Shown piece by piece: positions 27,090-40,300 of a DNA stretch of 64,000 bases (position 1 is its first letter; each line of letters starts with the position of its first letter). The stretch is from positions 32,070,432 through 32,134,431 of the forward strand of contig NC_090411.1 of NCBI RefSeq assembly GCF_036365525.1. The letters are read 5' to 3'. This DNA comes from Heterodontus francisci. Its lineage: Eukaryota. A program made the translations under genes and the position numbers. The notes beneath the pieces were generated by a model that worked only from the letters and a program-made list of their open reading frames with translations, was not told where the DNA came from and searched no databases.

Positions 27090-29966
27090 TTAACACTCCA
27101 GAATCATTAGTTCTATAATATTGGTAGAAATAAAATGTGATCCATTTCTCATTAGTATGCAATCTTCTCAGTTCTTGCTGTATGTGGAAATAAAAGTATT
27201 TATGGATGGAATTTGTTTTTCTTTGTATAGATAAGTAACTCATTTCATTACCTTGCTGTCTAATATCTAATTCCACTGAAACTTTACCATGCCTTTTTGA
27301 GTTTTGCTCTCCTACATCCAGCTTCTGTGAAGTGATTCAATGTCTGCTTGGGATAGTTAAGTCGCCTTTTCCAATTTTCAGTGAGAAACTTGTAGGGAAT
27401 GTCTGAAGTATGCAAGTTTTACTGCAAAAGTGGTTTGCTGCAGCTGATATATCATGCAGTTGTGCGACATAAGGAATGGATGCTGAATTTGGTTTTGACC
27501 CCTGTTCTCATTGGAGCAAAGGGCAATGCAGCGAGATTTGAAAGAGATGGGAACATTTTGACCAAGGAAGATCTATTCCTGTTCGCTGATAACGCAAGTA
27601 CTCGCCAATGCAGCCTTGGGGGGTTTGGGCAAGTGATGTAGGAGTATGTGAGGAGAATTTTTTTTTTTTTTTAATACAACCAGTGGCAATGCCTTGGAAC
27701 TTGCTGCTTCTGCAGATGGTGGCAGTGTAGCCCATAAATAACTTCAAAAGGAAATTGGATGAGCATTTGGAGGAAAATACGTGTAGGTGCTAGAGTAGGG
27801 GAATGGGGCTGAATGTATTGTACTGGTCACGAAAGACTCCATGGACCGAATGGCCTCCTGTGTCATAAATAACTGACACTTCACAGTAAAACCTTCACCA
27901 TCTTAATCTACCTTTGACCAGGTTGTCATTTGGCCAACTATTACTTGGAACCCTATTCATCCAGGAGCTATATTTATGAATGTCTGGGATGAGTGAATGC
28001 AGAAATACTTGGGTCAGGTAGTTATGACCCCCTCTATTTCAGGTTAAAATCATTGCTTGCAAACAAGTCTCAAGTTCAGCTTTGCAGAAGCAACAACACA
28101 GGAATTCACAACTCTTAAATTCCTTGGGGCTAGACCTCCATGTTGCACTTAGACAGAGCAACAGCATTCTGTTCGAAGCTCTCCACTTTTCATTTCCCCA
28201 ACATGTCAGTTGGTTTGCAAATTTGCTTTGGGCTGGCCAATCTTTTCAAAATATTGTGGTTAGCACTGTGAGAATAGATTCATTCTAGACCCATCAAGCG
28301 CAGTGTCAATTCTCCAAGAGATGGATCCAATTGTGCTCAACACAAAATGAAGTTCCATTTGCAGACTCCTGCGATTATGTTGACAAACTCTGAATGTGAG
28401 AACAAATTCAATCGGATTTACTTTGAGAAAACCCAAAAGTAGCCAACATCAAATACACCATTGACAGGATTCTACTGAAGAGATTAGGAAAAATGGAAGT
28501 ACATGGAATTGCAGGAAACCTTTAGACATGGTCATGGAGTTGGTTGGGAGGTAGGAAACAGAGAATAGAGATAATGGGTATGTACTCCAATTGGCAGGAT
28601 ATGACTAGTCATCTCTCCCAGGGGTCTGTACCTGGGCCTCAGTTTTTCATTACATTTATAAATGACATGAAGGAATCGAGAGCCATATATCCAAGTTTGC
28701 TAATGACACTAAGTTACTTAGGTGTTACAGTAGGTGGAGTAAATTTGAGCAGAAAATTGAAAAGCGACATTGATAGATTGTGAGTAGCCAAAACTGTGAT
28801 CGATAAATTTCAATGTCAGAGCGAGGACAGAGAGACATAAATCAGAATATTTTCTAAATGGTGAGGAGCTAGGAACTGTGGAGGAGCAGAGAGAGTTAGG
28901 GGTCTGTGTACAGAAATTACTAAAAGCTAGTGGACTAGTACATAAATGAATTAAAAAGTCAAATAGACTTCATCTCAAGGGTCTGGAATACAAAGGGGTG
29001 GAGGTTATGCTATATTTGTATAAAGCTCTGGTTAGATCACATCTGGAGTATTGTGTTCAGCTTTGATATATTGACCTTGGTGGGAGTGCAGCACAGATTC
29101 ACCAGAATGATACCAGGGATAAAAGGGTTAAATTACGAGGACAGTTTGCATTAACGACTCTTGTATTCTTCAAATATGGAAGAGTAAAGAATTATTATAA
29201 TTGATGTGTTTAACATGAGTACTAGATTTGATCAGGTGTTGTTATAACGGTGCTGCTACATTTCTTGTTGGTTTTTTTTGGTAGACTCATATTTTAGATT
29301 TATGGACATTGTTTTATTTTGGGATTGTGGTCATTGAAAGGGCACTGAGAGGATTTGTGGTGAACAACCCTCACTGGCAGTCTCCAGTCTTCAGATAAAT
29401 ATCCCAGCAGGGGCTTTTTGACTTGGAGAAGATGTTTACAGAGAAGTGACAGGTCAAGATTTATAGGGGTCAGGAGGCTTGACTCTTGAGATATTGTTTT
29501 TGATTTTGCTTTGAACAGTGTGTTGGAGTGTGAACTGTTTTGAAGACAATTGGAGAAAACCAGCCAAGAGAGCAGTCACCATCAGCATCCTCTTCTATCT
29601 TTTTAAGAACTTCCTGTGAATTAAGTGTAAGAAATAGGGAAACTAATATTGCATGTCTCCTGAAAAGGCTGCCAGAAACCCTGACGGCGCATTTCACGTG
29701 GAAAACATACCAAACTGATCTTCAATGTCGCCTGAAAAGAACTGTTCTGGAAAGATCCCAGTGGCAGCAGTCTACATGTATTTGGGACACCAAACCAAAA
29801 AAGGGACAACAGACATTTTTCTGTATCTTCTCTTTTCTCTTCAAGAATTAACAATATTTGGGCAAAGTATTCTTTTTTGCCTTTTTTGTAACAGAGCTCT
29901 AAAAAGAAAATCTCTTTTTCTGGTTATCCAGTGTATGTGTGTGTGTGTGTATGTGTCTGTGTGAGG

Positions 29967-30368
29967 TAAAGACCTGCTACCTGACCCTAACACGACGGGA
30001 CCTGACGACATGTGTCGGGTACAGGTCGGGTCGGGTCGCTCATTTGGGTGCGGCTTTCAGGCACTTCAGGTAAGAAGTGTTAAAAGTAAAAAACCCAGCT
30101 GAGGTGGGAGTCCGGGACGTCAAAGAGGGAAACTCTAAGTCTGCGCAGTGAGCGAGTGAACGTCCCTATGACGTCATCACGCTCATGCTGCAGCTTCCTG
30201 CAGATTGGGAGTCGCAAGGTAGGTAAAAGGAACATTCCGGTAGTTGGGTTGGGCTCGGGTCAGGGCATGGGAAGAAAATGGAGGGACTCGGGCCGGATGG
30301 GGCTCGGGTCAGATGTGGTTCTGTTGGGTTTGCATCGGGTTTTTTTTCATGACCTGAGCAGGCCTTTA
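29967..30368. mobile_element. hAT MITE duplicate
   Basis: Same TIRs and TSD as 16955-17388. A right-end remnant also lies at about 42733-42884. Confidence 0.85.
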
Positions 30369-31196
30369 GTGTGAGGGGCTAAGATAAAAGGGAACTTTCA
30401 TATTTCAATCTGTGTGTTACTGGTCTTGTTTTATAATTAACTGATAATTTTGTTGTTTATTAAAGAAACCTGGTTGGTGTATTTTATTTTGGGGTAAAAA
30501 TAGAGTCTATGATTGACCATATTGGTAACTGGGTAAACATTTAAATATATGTTGTGACCTGTGGAGAAGTGGAACTAGAAAAAACAATGCCTTCCTCCCA
30601 CCTCAGTCAGAACAGTATATGGAGAGAAACTATTTTCTCTGGTGGAGCAGTCCAGGACAGGGGCTATAATCTGAATATTAGAACTAGACCATTCAGGGGT
30701 GATGTTAGGAAACATTTCTTCACAAAAAGGGATATGGAAATCTGGAATTCTCTCCCCCAAAATGTTGACATCAATTAAACATTTCAAAACTAAAACTGTT
30801 AGATTTTTGTTCGGTACAGGTATGATGCAATATGGATCCAATGCAGGCAAATGTCCTTAAGTGACAAACCATGATCTAATTGAATGGTGGAACAGGCTTG
30901 AGGGGCTGATTGGCCTCCTCCTGTTCCTATGTTCCAATCACAGTATCATCATCCAAACCTGCCTGAATTCCACAGCTCTCATTGTCGCTGGGTCCAACCC
31001 CCACAGCCTGACTCCATTGTTAACTGGTGCCTGGATTCGTGAACTATTCCTGACTGGCTACCTGGAATTGTCAATCATCATTAATGATGTCATTCCCTGT
31101 TTGACTGCAGGCTGTCCCAGCAGTACAAATACAAGAGTTTGTGCAGGAAGCAGTTACATTGTTGTTTGAACTTAGCTTCTGTTAGTAGTAAAGATT

Positions 31197-33595
31197 ATGA
31201 TGGCATCTCAAGTGTGTCAGAACTACCACAAGGACTGTGAAGATGCTGTTAACAAGCAAATCAACCTGGAGCTCTATTCCTCCTATGTTTATCTTTCCAT
31301 GGTGTGTATTGTTTTCTTGGGGTCCTATTTCAAAGTTAACATTGGAATTTCAGTGCATTTTGAGAATCTAGAATTTTTCTAGGCCCATCAATTGTGTTTT
31401 ATAATCTATTTCTGTAGTCCTCCCTAGACTTAAATCAGTGAATACCCTTGAAACAGGGACTCTATTCCTTGCTCTGTAATATTTTTTCAATTTGGAAAGT
31501 GACTCCAAGGTACCAATAGAGGATTCATGTTGAAGATGTATAAACCTAGTTATCTTGGATGGCAACAATTAATTTTAGTGACTAGTTAGTGAAACATTGT
31601 CTGATTAGTTCTGGCCTTTCTTTATTTCCCCCTTTGTAAATGAATAAATTTTGTGGTGTTGAGCTCTTTTGTATGAGGAATAATGGTCTTGCATGAAGCA
31701 GTCATCTACTGAATGAAGAGTGGGGGAGGGGGAAGAAATCTCTATGTTTAAATATTCATTGGGGGAACAAAGGATGTCCTACTTAACTATAGTTTGAATG
31801 CTGAATACAACTTTGGTCCAAATAGTATTACTGCTTTTTGTAATCGTCACAGGGAGGGGCATTTCAACACATTTGGTGTTTTACAGCCTAAACTTGAAAA
31901 GCCAAGCCCCTTTAATTGAAAGCAAATTCTTTTTGATGTAAAGAATGAGTGATTTATCTACCATGATATTACTACCATTTTTGACATGGCTGCCAATGAG
32001 ATTTGGGTCTGGTTTCTCTTCCTTTCCATTTTGTCTCTACTTGCAGTCCTATTACTTTGACCGGGATGATGTTGCCCTGTGTCACTTTGCTGAGTTCTTC
32101 AAGGAGCAGTCACATGAGGAACGGGAGCACGCTGAGAAACTGATGCAATTCCAGAATAAACGTGGAGGCCGAATCATCTTGGAGGACATCAAGGTTGGGT
32201 TTTTAACATGAAGGAGTCTATGATCTAACTTGGATATTTTCAGAGAATGTTCCTTATTCTAATAACTTCAGTTCTCCATCTGGTCAGATTAATGAGTAAA
32301 ATTTCTAGTGTTGGTGAGTGGCTATTGGATGAGTTGGTATGACTGATCTTTGCCTCTTCATTAGATATAAGGTCAATAAATGGATATTCAGAAGGAACAA
32401 CTTCTGCATTGTAAAGTATTGGCTCAAACATAAATGTCAGTTATACAGCACAGAAACAGGCCCTTTGGCCCATCTGTGCTGGCCATCAAGCACCTATCGC
32501 TTTGAATCCTATTTTCCAGCACTTGGCCCGTAGCCTTGTATGTTATGGTGTTTCAAGTACACATCTAAACTCTAAAATGAGGGTTCCTGCATCTACTGCC
32601 CCTTCAGTTCATGTGTTCTAGATTCCAACTGCCCTCTAGGTGAAAATATCTTTCCTCAAATCCCCTCTAACCCTCCTGCCTCCTTGCATTAAGTCTATGC
32701 CCATGGTTATTTTTCCCTCTGCTAAGGGAAAGGTTTCTTCTATCAATGCCCCTCATAATTTTGTTATCCATTTGCAATGGTCCCTCATAATATTGGGGTG
32801 CACAGATTATTTTTGTTGTCACTAACCCTGTTGACCTTGAGCATAACATCCCTTGGACTTTGCACTCCCACTAACAGGACCACTATTCTGTTCCAGAAGC
32901 CAGAGCAGGATGAGTGGAGCAATGGTCTGGAGGCAATGCAGAGAGCTCTGCAGATGGAGAAGGATGTGAACCAGAGTCTGCTGGATCTGCACAAACTCTC
33001 CACAGGCAACACTGACCCTCATGTAAGTTAATATTGGAATGAGTTTTCAGGTTTGAAGGTGATAATTAGAATTTAACCAAAACTCTGGTAAAATTCCATA
33101 GGTTTTTGGCTTTAATAAAAAAAAAAATTCATCCACACTGTAGATCTGGATCACTAAACTGTTCACAAGGTACTTTCTTTCTCTGGCATCAAACTTTTGT
33201 GTTCACTCTCCATGTAATAGATTTGACTTGCCGCATCTGGATAAATTTTGAACTTGTCTGGCTAAACTTATCCACAGATTCAGAATGATTCCCTGTTGCC
33301 TGTGCTTGTTCTCTTGAGCAAGTCTCGCTCCCATCTACAGTACTTTCACCATTATCCCAGTGCAAATAAAAAATCTCATCGAAGGAAGATACTTGGTTTT
33401 TTTTAAAGCTAACTATACTCAACTAGTTTCTTTTTTTTAATGTTCTAGTTGTGTGACTTCCTGGAGACTCACTACTTGGATGAGCAAGTGAAGATGATCA
33501 AGAAGCTTGGAGATCACATCACCAACCTGAAGAGACTGGGAGCCCCTGACAATGGCATGGGAGAGTACCTGTTTGACAAACACATGCTGAGTTGA
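31197..33595 (+). CDS. fth1: Ferritin copy 6 (A-like), 174 aa
   Basis: Exons 31197-31301, 32047-32193, 32897-33022, 33449-33595; ends KHMLS*. Confidence 0.94.
32440..32760 (-). mobile_element. CR1-type LINE 3' fragment in intron 2 of copy 6
   Basis: TACAGCACAGAAACAGGCCCTTTGGCCCA is the reverse complement of the CR1 3' end seen at 38820-38840. It replaces the intron segment seen in paralogs. Confidence 0.65.
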
Positions 33596-34967
33596 TTGGG
33601 GTTCTTGAAACATTCATTCTCCACATGGTGGAAATAAAATGTGATTCAATTCTGGCGAATGCTTTCTTGTTAATTCCCAGTTTTCTCATCTCTTGTTGGA
33701 TATGGAAATAAAAGTATTAATCATGGAACTGGTCTTTGTATAATTCAGTAGATGATTTGATTATTCAGTATGATTCCATTAAAATGTTTCCCTTTCCCAG
33801 GCCAGCCTCCCAAACTTCCTTCAATGCCTGCTGAAGCTTGTTTATTCACATCTCCCAATTTTAATGTAGTTTGTAGGGGATATCTGAAATATGCAATTCT
33901 GTTGTTAAAGTGTCCTTGCCTTTATCTGGCAGTTGTGGAACAGAAGGAAGTGGGAAAGAATACTGCATTATTGCCTTTTTATCGTAGAGAAGAATTGACT
34001 ACTTTAATCTGCCGTTTGTTCAACCAAAACCTGCATTCCTGTTTACGAAAGGGGCTATGCTTACCAGTATCTGGGCTGAGTACATGGAGATACTTGGGTC
34101 AGGTAGTGAAAGTAAGAATCACCCAATAATTCAGCTTATAAATCTTCCCTCACAGTAGACATGCGCTTCACAAAAAGTGCACCATGACTTTACAGGTCTT
34201 AAATTCCATGGGGATTGTGCTCCACATCAGACTGTAGAGATGGAGCAACAGAGTTCATTTTAAAGCTTCTGCAGTTTCTATTTTCTTGGTTTGCAGATTC
34301 AGATAGCATCTCTTTCCATCTATTGTGGTCAAGATTGGTATCCCTGATTTGTTCTAGATCCAACAGGGGTATGTCAATTCTCCAAGCCATGTTAATTTGG
34401 ATCCTATTGCAAAATGGAATTTCTATTTGCAAACATACAATTACGTTATGAATCTGAACAGATACATGTCTGAGGAAAGCTGACATCAACTACATCATGG
34501 ACAAGGTTCAACACAAGAGATAAGGACAAATGGAAGCCTGTGGAATTGGAGGAAATCTTCAAATATGGTGGGAGATTTGGTTTTGAGATAGGAGACAGAG
34601 TAGGATAATGGGTATGTACTCCAAGCTATGGCTCGTCATCCATTCTAGGGATCTATACTGGGGCCTCAGCTTTTCATTATATTTATAAATGATATAGATG
34701 AAGGAATAGAGTACAGTATATCCAAGTTTGCTGATGCCACTATGTTAGGTAGCACACTCAATGGTGTAAATTGGAACTGAAATTTGCAAAGGGACATTGC
34801 TAGATTAAGTGAGTGAGAAAAACTGTGATTGATTGAGTTTAATGTGAAGACCAAGAAAGATAAATCAGATAAAAGCAAAATACTGCGGATGCTGGAAATC
34901 TGAAACAAAAACAAGAAATGCTGGATTCACTCAGCAGGTCTGGCAGCATCTGTGGAAAGAGAAGCAG

Positions 34968-35004
34968 AGTTAACGTTTCGGGTCAGTGACCCTTCTTCGG
35001 AACT
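34968..35004 (-). ncRNA. Minimal hammerhead ribozyme-like motif (Penelope-associated)
   Basis: Minus strand AGTT-CCGAAGA-A-GGGTCACTGACCC-GAAACGTT-AACT: stem I AGTT/AACT, core variant CCGAAGA, stem II, GAAA and palindromic stem III ACGT. Mirror copy on + at 36299-36335. Confidence 0.6.
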
Positions 35005-35376
35005 GACAAATATTAGAAAAGTCACAGATTATAAACAAGTGAGGTGGGGGTTGGGCAAGAGATAACAAAGGAGAAGGTGCAGATTGGACCAGGCCACATA
35101 GCTGACCAAAAGGTCACGGAGCAAAGGCAAACAATATGTTAATGGTGTGTTGAAAGACAAAGCATTAGTACAGATTAGGTGTGAATATACTGAATATTGA
35201 ACATCAGCAAGTGCAAACCTGAAGAAAAACAACCTGAAAAAAACAGTGGGTGAGCAAACTGAACAAACTAAGATGAACTGAAATAAATACAAAAAAAGAT
35301 TGTAAAAAATGTAAAAAGGAATGCCAAAAAAAAAGGAAGAAAAAATAACTAAAAATGAAAGTAAAGTGGGGGGCTG

Positions 35377-35715
35377 TCATGCTCTGAAATTATTGAACTC
35401 AATGTTCAGACCGGCAGGCTGTAGTGTGCCTAATCGATAGATGAGATGCTGTTCCTCGAGCTTGCGTTGATGTTCACTGGAACACTGCAGCAATCCCAGG
35501 ACAGAGATGTGAGCATGAGAGCAGGGGGGAGTGTTGAAATGGCAAGCAACCGGAAGCTCAGGGTCCTGCTTGCGGACAGAGCGGAGATGTTCCGCAAAGC
35601 GGTCACCCAGTCTGCGCTTGGTCTCCCCAATGTAGAGGAGACCACACTGTGAGCAGCGAATACAGTATACTACATTGAAAGAAGTACAAGTAAATCGCTG
35701 CTTCACCTGAAACAT
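35377..35715 (-). CDS. Penelope GIY-YIG endonuclease domain (112-aa ORF)
   Basis: NVVYCIRCSQCGLLYIGETKRRLGDRFAEH...LEEQHLI...GLN: VVY/YIG motifs, CxxC and conserved R, H, E and N typical of the Penelope-element endonuclease. Confidence 0.85.
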   Translation of the reverse strand: MFQVKQRFTCTSFNVVYCIRCSQCGLLYIGETKRRLGDRFAEHLRSVRKQDPELPVACHFNTPPCSHAHISVLGLLQCSSEHQRKLEEQHLIYRLGTLQPAGLNIEFNNFRA

Positions 35716-37325
35716 CTCCGCTCAGTCCGCAAGCAGGACCCTGAGCTTCCGGTTGCTTGCCATTTCAACACTCCCCCCTGCTCTCATGCTCACATCTCTG
35801 TCCTGGGATTGCTGCAGTGTTCCAGTGAACATCAACGCAAGCTCGAGGAACAGCATCTCATCTATCGATTAGGCACACTACAGCCTGCCGGTCTGAACAT
35901 TGAGTTCAATAATTTCAGAGCATGAGAGCCCCCCACTTTACTTTCATTTTTAGTTATTTTTTCTTCCTTTTTTTTTTGGCATTCCTTTTTACATTTTTTA
36001 CAATCTTTTTTTGTATTTATTTCAGTTCATCTTAGTTTGTTCAGTTTGCTCACCCACTGTTTTTTTCAGGTTGTTTTTCTTCAGGTTTGCACTTGCTGAT
36101 GTTCAATATTCAGTATATTCACACCTAATCTGTACTAATGCTTTGTCTTTCAACACACCATTAACATATTGTTTGCCTTTGCTCCGTGACCTTTTGGTCA
36201 GCTATGTGGCCTGGTCCAATCTGCACCTTCTCCTTTGTTATCTCTTGCCCAACCCCCACCTCACTTGTTTATAATCTGTGACTTTTCTAATATTTGTCAG
36301 TTCCGAAGAAGGGTCACTGACCAGAAACGTTAACTCTGCTTCTCTTTCCACAGATGCTGCCAGACCTGCTGAGTGAATCCAAGATAAATCAGATGTTTTC
36401 TGGATAGTGAGGAGTTCAGAACTGTGAAGGAGCAGCAGTGAGATTGAAGGTTCCATGTACAGAAATTATTAAAAACTAGTGGACAGAGACAAAAAAAATT
36501 GGAAAAGCAAATACAATGTTAGTCTCTCAAGAGGGCTGGAAATCAAAGTGGTGGAGGTTATGTTACAGTTGTATAAAGCTCGGGGTTAACCACATCTGAA
36601 GTACTGTGTTCATTCAGTTCTATTGGCCTTGGTGGGGGCACAGCACTGATTCACCAGAATGACACCAGGGCTAAATGACTTAAATTATAAGGTCACTTTG
36701 CACAGTCTGTATTCCCTGGAGTATTGAAGATTAAGGGATGATTATAATTGAGGTGTTGAAGATAATTAATGGGTTTAATAATGTAGATAGAAACTATTTC
36801 CTCTGGAACAGATTCAGATTAGGCAATTCATGGATGATATTAGGAAGCATTTCTTCACAACAAGGAATATTGAAATCTGGAACTCTCTTCCCCAAAATGG
36901 ATCAAGTCAACATTTCAAAATTGCTGTTAGGTTTTTGTGAGTTAAGGTCATGAAATCATGAACCAAGGCAGGGAAATGGCATTAAGACACAGAGCAGCCA
37001 TGATCTAATTGAATGGTGGAACAGACTTGAATTGGCCTCCTCCTGTTCCTTTGTTCCAATCACAGAATAATCTTGTAAACCAACCTGCATTCCACATCCC
37101 TGATTGGCTCTGGGTATCTCACCCCACCCACTGCTCCTTAATTGGTGCTTCGTGGCATGGAAGATTCCTGACTGGCTATCAGGGATTGTCAATCATCATT
37201 GGTGATGTCATTCCCTGTTTGAATGCAGGCTGATCCAGTTGCATAAATACAAGAGCTTGTGAGGGAAGTGGTTAGATTGCTGTTGTTGTGTTTGAATTTA
37301 ACTTCTGCCAATATTAGAAGTGAAG

Positions 37326-40300
37326 ATGGCCTCCCAAGTGTGTCAGAACTACCACAAGGACTGTGAGGATGCTGTTAACAAGCAGGTTAACCTGGAACTC
37401 TATTCCTCCTATGTTTACCTGTCTATGGTGAGTTTTGTATTTTTTGGGGTCCTAATTCAAAATTCAGGCTGTGACTTCATTGCATTCTGTTGGTCAATGA
37501 ATTGGCTTTTGGATGTATCTCAATAGCCCTCCCTAGACTTAATCCAGTGGATTATGTTTAACAGGAATTCTGTAGAAGGTCTCATTAACAGACTGCTCCC
37601 TGCTTTCTAAGAGTTGTCTTATTCTGAGATATTTTATACTTGAAACCAGCTCCATGAAGCTTGTAATTGAGGATTCATCTTGAAATATTAACTTGGTCAA
37701 ATTTGTAACTTGGATGAAAACAAATTTAATTGGGTGACTAGTGAGTGAAATATGGACTGGTTTTGCCCAATTTTCTCTCTTTTACTAATTGAGTGAAATT
37801 CTCTGAATCCTCTCTGTTATGGAACCTGGATCTTGGTATTTGATTGTGCCCAAGTGTTAAACTGCTGAATGTGAAAGGCTTTACTCTTTTTTTTTTTTTT
37901 TTCTTCATTCCTGATATTGGACCTGAATTGGTGGAGCGGTAGAGGGAGGAGGGAAACAGGTCCTACTGAAATTTCAGCTTTCAACCTGCAACTGTTTTTG
38001 CGAGTGGAAGCCTGTGACCAGTAGTGTACTGCAGGGATCGGTGCTAGGACCCTTGCTGTTTGTAGCGTACATCTAATGATTTAGATGTGACTATAGGAGG
38101 TATAAGTTTGCAGATGACACAAAAATTGGTGGTGTAAATAGTGAGGAGGAAAGCCTTAGATTACAGGATGATATAGATGGGTTGTTAAGATGGGTGGAGC
38201 AGTGGCAAATGGAATTGAATCCTGAGAAATGTGAGGTGATGCATTTTGGGAGGACTAATAAGGCAAGGGAATATACAATGGATGGTAGGACCCTGGGAAG
38301 TACAGAGGGTCAGAGGGACCTTGGTGTACTTGTCCATGGATCATTGAAGGCAGCAGCACAGGTAGATAAAGGTGGTTAGGAAGGCATATGGGATACTTGC
38401 CTTTATTAGCCAAGGCATAGAATATAAAAGCAGGGAGATTATGATGGAGCTGTATAAAATGCTAGTTAAGCCACAGCTGGAGTAATGTGTACAGTTCTCG
38501 GCACCCCACCATGGGAATGATGTGATTGCTCTGGAGAGGGTGCAGAGGAGACTCACCAGGATGTTGCCTGGGCTGGAGCATTTCAGCTTTGAAGAGAGGC
38601 AGAAATGGCTAGGGTTGTTTTCCTTAGAGCAGAGAAGTGGGGGGTGGTGGGGGGGGGGGGGGCATGGAATATGATTGAGGTATACAAAATTATAAACCCT
38701 CAACATTTTAAGAAGTATTTAGGTGAGCATGTGAAATGCCAGAGCATACAAGGCGACAGGCCAAGTTCTGGAAAATGGGATTAGAATAGTTAGGTGCTTG
38801 ATGGCCAGCATGGACACGATGGGCCTGTTTCTGTGCTGTATGACTCTGACTTGGGCCACTAATACTTTAGCCCAAAAAATATTACGAATCCCTTGTGTCT
38901 AATGTTACCACTTGCCTTGCTTCTACTTCATCGGGAGGGACTTTCAACACTTCCAGAAAAGATTAATGAAGCCAATTGTGCTTTATTTGTCGGAAACATA
39001 CTTTCTCCATTAAATTGTAAATTCTTTCAAAAGCAAGGTATTGTAGTTGTGAATGGATAATTCATTTACCACGATACTGCTGTCATTTTTGATGTGACCA
39101 TGGAGAAGATTTGGATCTGACCTGGCTTTCTCCATTTTTGTCTCTACCTGCAGTCCTATTACTTTGACCGGGATGATGTTGCCCTGCGTCACTTTGCTGA
39201 GTTCTTCAAGGAGCAGTCACATGAGGAACGGGAGCACGCTGAGAAACTGATGAAATTCCAGAATAAACGTGGAGGCCGAATCATCTTGGAGGACATCAAG
39301 GTTGGATTGCAACTGAGGAGTCTTCTGTAATGTCATTTTTAGGTTGCTTAAAAGGTGTTTCCTCATGAATGCCCTTAAGTTCCCACTCCAGTGGCATTTA
39401 ATGAGTAAAATTGCTAGTGTTAGTGAAATGAAGATGGGTGTTATGATGGGCCACCCTAGCTAATGAATATAGGAAGATCACTAAATGTGGATGCTCAGAA
39501 GAAATGAGTTTGGGCACCATATACTAACTATTGGCTCAAATCGTGTGGCGCTTGGCTAGGAAAGGACTCTGGGGATTGTGGATCACAGCTGTAATCTTGC
39601 ATGGGCAGAGTAATTTGAAGATTTTTAAAAATGCAGTGTAACTGGGAATAGAGTTTCTTGACTCTACCCTGCCATTTTTAGCCAATTAACTGATCTCATG
39701 GTCTCCACCCTTCATACTTCCTCATAGTATTGAGGTGGACAGATTAACTTCTGCTGCTTTTAACCCTATTGACCTTGAGCATAACATCCCTTGGACTTTG
39801 CACTCCCACTAACAGGACCACTATTCTGTTCCAGAAGCCAGAGCAGGATGAGTGGAGCAATGGTCTGGAGGCAATGCAGAGAGCTCTGCAGATGGAGAAG
39901 GATGTGAACCAGAGTCTGCTGGATCTGCACAAACTCTCCACTGGCAACACTGACCCTCATGTAAGTTCCTAACATTCCAACTTTTCATGAGTTGGTGATA
40001 TTGGAATCTGCCCTTCACTCTACATTGGTAAAATTCTGTCAGTTTGTTTTTCACTTTCAGATTTTATTTGATTTTGGGCCAAGAAGCCATCTACACTGTA
40101 GACCTGGATCACTAAACAGTTCCCAAGGCACTTTGTATCTGCAGCATTAAAATGTTTCTTGTGCAGTCCATTCCCTGTTTATTAAAATTGATTTGTCAAT
40201 TTTGGGTAATTCTGCTCTTGTCTGATTAAATGTGCCCATGTCACACTATCCCAATACCAAAAAAGAGTAATTTCTCTTCTGGAGAAGATCCTCACTAAAC

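Larger units (their letters stand above)
34871..36380 (-). mobile_element. Penelope-like retroelement, 5'-truncated with inverted duplication (palindrome)
   Basis: TSD AAGATAAATCAGAT (34857-34870, 36381-36394) with empty site at 47217-47230. Arms about 34922-35591 and 35711-36381; GIY-YIG ORF inside. Confidence 0.9.

Noticed and set aside
35029-36274. Two identical 87-aa ORFs on opposite strands (35029-35292 and 36011-36274)
   Set aside because: These come from the low-complexity Penelope 3' region mirrored by the palindrome and have no protein signature.
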